Source: Promethearchaeota archaeon
GTDB lineage: Archaea > Asgardarchaeota > Lokiarchaeia > Sigyniarchaeales > SOKP01
Assembly (NCBI GenBank): GCA_016839745.1
Contig: JAEOTS010000071.1
Location: forward strand, 1-27,839
DNA length: 27,839 bases
Direction of reading: 5' to 3'
Part shown: positions 26,775 to 27,839 of the stretch, one piece after another
Position numbering within the stretch: the stretch's first letter is position 1
Layout: every line of letters begins with the position of its first letter
Made by a program: the position numbers and the translations under genes
Notes under the pieces: model-generated
Seen by the model: only the letters and a program-made list of their open reading frames with translations
The model's database searches: none
What the model was told of the DNA's origin: nothing

Positions 26775-27839
26775 TTATCTTCCTAATAATTTCTCTAAGT
26801 CTTGGATTTGTTGGTCGATATTAGCTTCAATCGTTTTCAATTTCTGCTTCTTTACTTCAAGTTCTTCAGTTGTAATTTCACCTGTAAGTTCTTTCATATC
26901 AAAATCTAACGACATTTTAGTAATATTTGCTTTTTTAATCCTTAAATCCATTAATGATTTTTCTAATTCGGCTTTTTGTTGTATGTCAGCAGTCCCCGAT
27001 GGAGCCTGGACCGGAGAATTTTCTACTTTTTGTGATATTACGGGTGGTGTTATTGAAATTGGTGCTTTGCTAGGTTTTGCCACAACTACTCGGGCTTTAG
27101 GTTTTGTAAGGGTTGTTTTACTAATAGGAATGGGAGGTTGTGCTGAATTTTCGGCCATTTCAGAGAATATATTTTTTGAAATATCGGGTTTCGTTTGCAC
27201 TTTTGGTTTTTCACTTTTGCTTGGTGGTATGAAACCTGAGGGAGTCTTTGATTTTACCAATTTTGTAGGTGAAACTGGAATAGGTTTTTTAAGTTCCACT
27301 GGATTTGAAACATGGGCAAACGGTGAAGTTTTTAACTTGTTTTTAGCATCTTTCGGTACAGTTGTTACGGTTTTAGGGCGTTGTTTGACCATAAAATCTT
27401 CAGGATTTAGATTTAATCCTACTTTAGTGGGTTGAATTTTTGGTTTGATTATAATCTCGGGTTCAGATGGTTTCTCTTTTTTTGGAATTTCTGGTTGCTT
27501 AATCAATTTGGGCAGCGAAGTAGTAACAGCCTCTATAGCACCTTTATCTTCAGTTAATACTTTTTGATCCATAGGTTTCGCAGGTATTTCCTGTTGTTGC
27601 TCTTTTTCTACCACAATTATTTTTTTAGGAGGACTAGATGGTGGTGGAACTTCTACGGGGACTTTTGGTTTTTCTAAACCCTCAACTTTAGGAGCATCAG
27701 GCATTGCAGGTTTCTTAAGTACGTGGGTTTCTTCTTTAGGTTTAGGAGGTTCTTCTTTAGGTTTAGGAGGTTCTTCTTTAGGTTTAGGAGGTTCTTCTAT
27801 TGGTTTAGGAGGTTCTTCTATTGGTTTAGGAGGTTCTTC
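26775..27839 (-). CDS. C-terminal part of a Pro/Lys/Glu-rich low-complexity protein with a C-terminal helical (SHOCT-like/coiled-coil) domain; start lies beyond the window
   Basis: Frame is open from 27839 through the track's Met at 27704 (45 extra codons: five EEPPKP[I/K] repeats, then EETHVLKKPA); C-terminus GEITTEELEVKKQKL... Confidence 0.8.
   Translation of the reverse strand, partial: EEPPKPIEEPPKPIEEPPKPKEEPPKPKEEPPKPKEETHVLKKPAMPDAPKVEGLEKPKVPVEVPPPSSPPKKIIVVEKEQQQEIPAKPMDQKVLTEDKGAIEAVTTSLPKLIKQPEIPKKEKPSEPEIIIKPKIQPTKVGLNLNPEDFMVKQRPKTVTTVPKDAKNKLKTSPFAHVSNPVELKKPIPVSPTKLVKSKTPSGFIPPSKSEKPKVQTKPDISKNIFSEMAENSAQPPIPISKTTLTKPKARVVVAKPSKAPISITPPVISQKVENSPVQAPSGTADIQQKAELEKSLMDLRIKKANITKMSLDFDMKELTGEITTEELEVKKQKLKTIEANIDQQIQDLEKLLGR
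27729..27839 (-). repeat. in-frame 21-nt tandem repeat, at least 5.3 copies, encoding EEPPKP(I/K)
   Basis: Minus strand: 2x gaagaacctcctaaaccaata, then 3x gaagaacctcctaaacctaaa, then gaagaa; truncated by the window end. Confidence 0.95.

Noticed and set aside
24121-27435. ORFs 24121-24435 (-), 25628-25831 (+) and 26983-27435 (+)
   Set aside because: Antisense overlaps of real genes.
27729-27839. 21-nt repeats as a CRISPR array
   Set aside because: Head-to-tail with no spacers, in frame within a CDS, and no cas genes.

Overview
Very AT-rich archaeal chromosomal segment. Gene content (Rab-like GTPase, ubiquitin-system E1 and E2, class I HDAC/AcuC, PDCD5-like protein, RACo-type corrinoid activator, intron-containing C1-G72 tRNA-Tyr) points to an Asgard archaeon, most likely Lokiarchaeia; this is inference from gene content. 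About 20 long CDSs, with no recognisable transposase, integrase or CRISPR array. Features missing from the ORF track: (1) a 63-codon single-TM ORF at 245-436 with an in-frame TGA (GGG-U-PKPC), followed 55 nt after the TGA by a eukaryote/Loki-type SECIS-like hairpin (441-486), i.e. a candidate new small membrane selenoprotein; (2) a tRNA-Tyr(GUA) with two introns (37/38 and 59/60) and C at position 54; (3) a decayed, frameshifted 4Fe-4S ferredoxin; (4) the 5' end of a probable SplB-like radical SAM gene. Also notable: a Whirly-like protein divergent from a CoiA-like nuclease, an E2 with a Ubc7/UBE2G2-length insertion near a Uba3/Uba2-like E1, a 1643-aa protein with 14 MIT/TPR-like modules, and a Pro-rich protein with 21-nt tandem repeats running off the right edge. 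All family calls come from motif recognition by eye; no searches were run.
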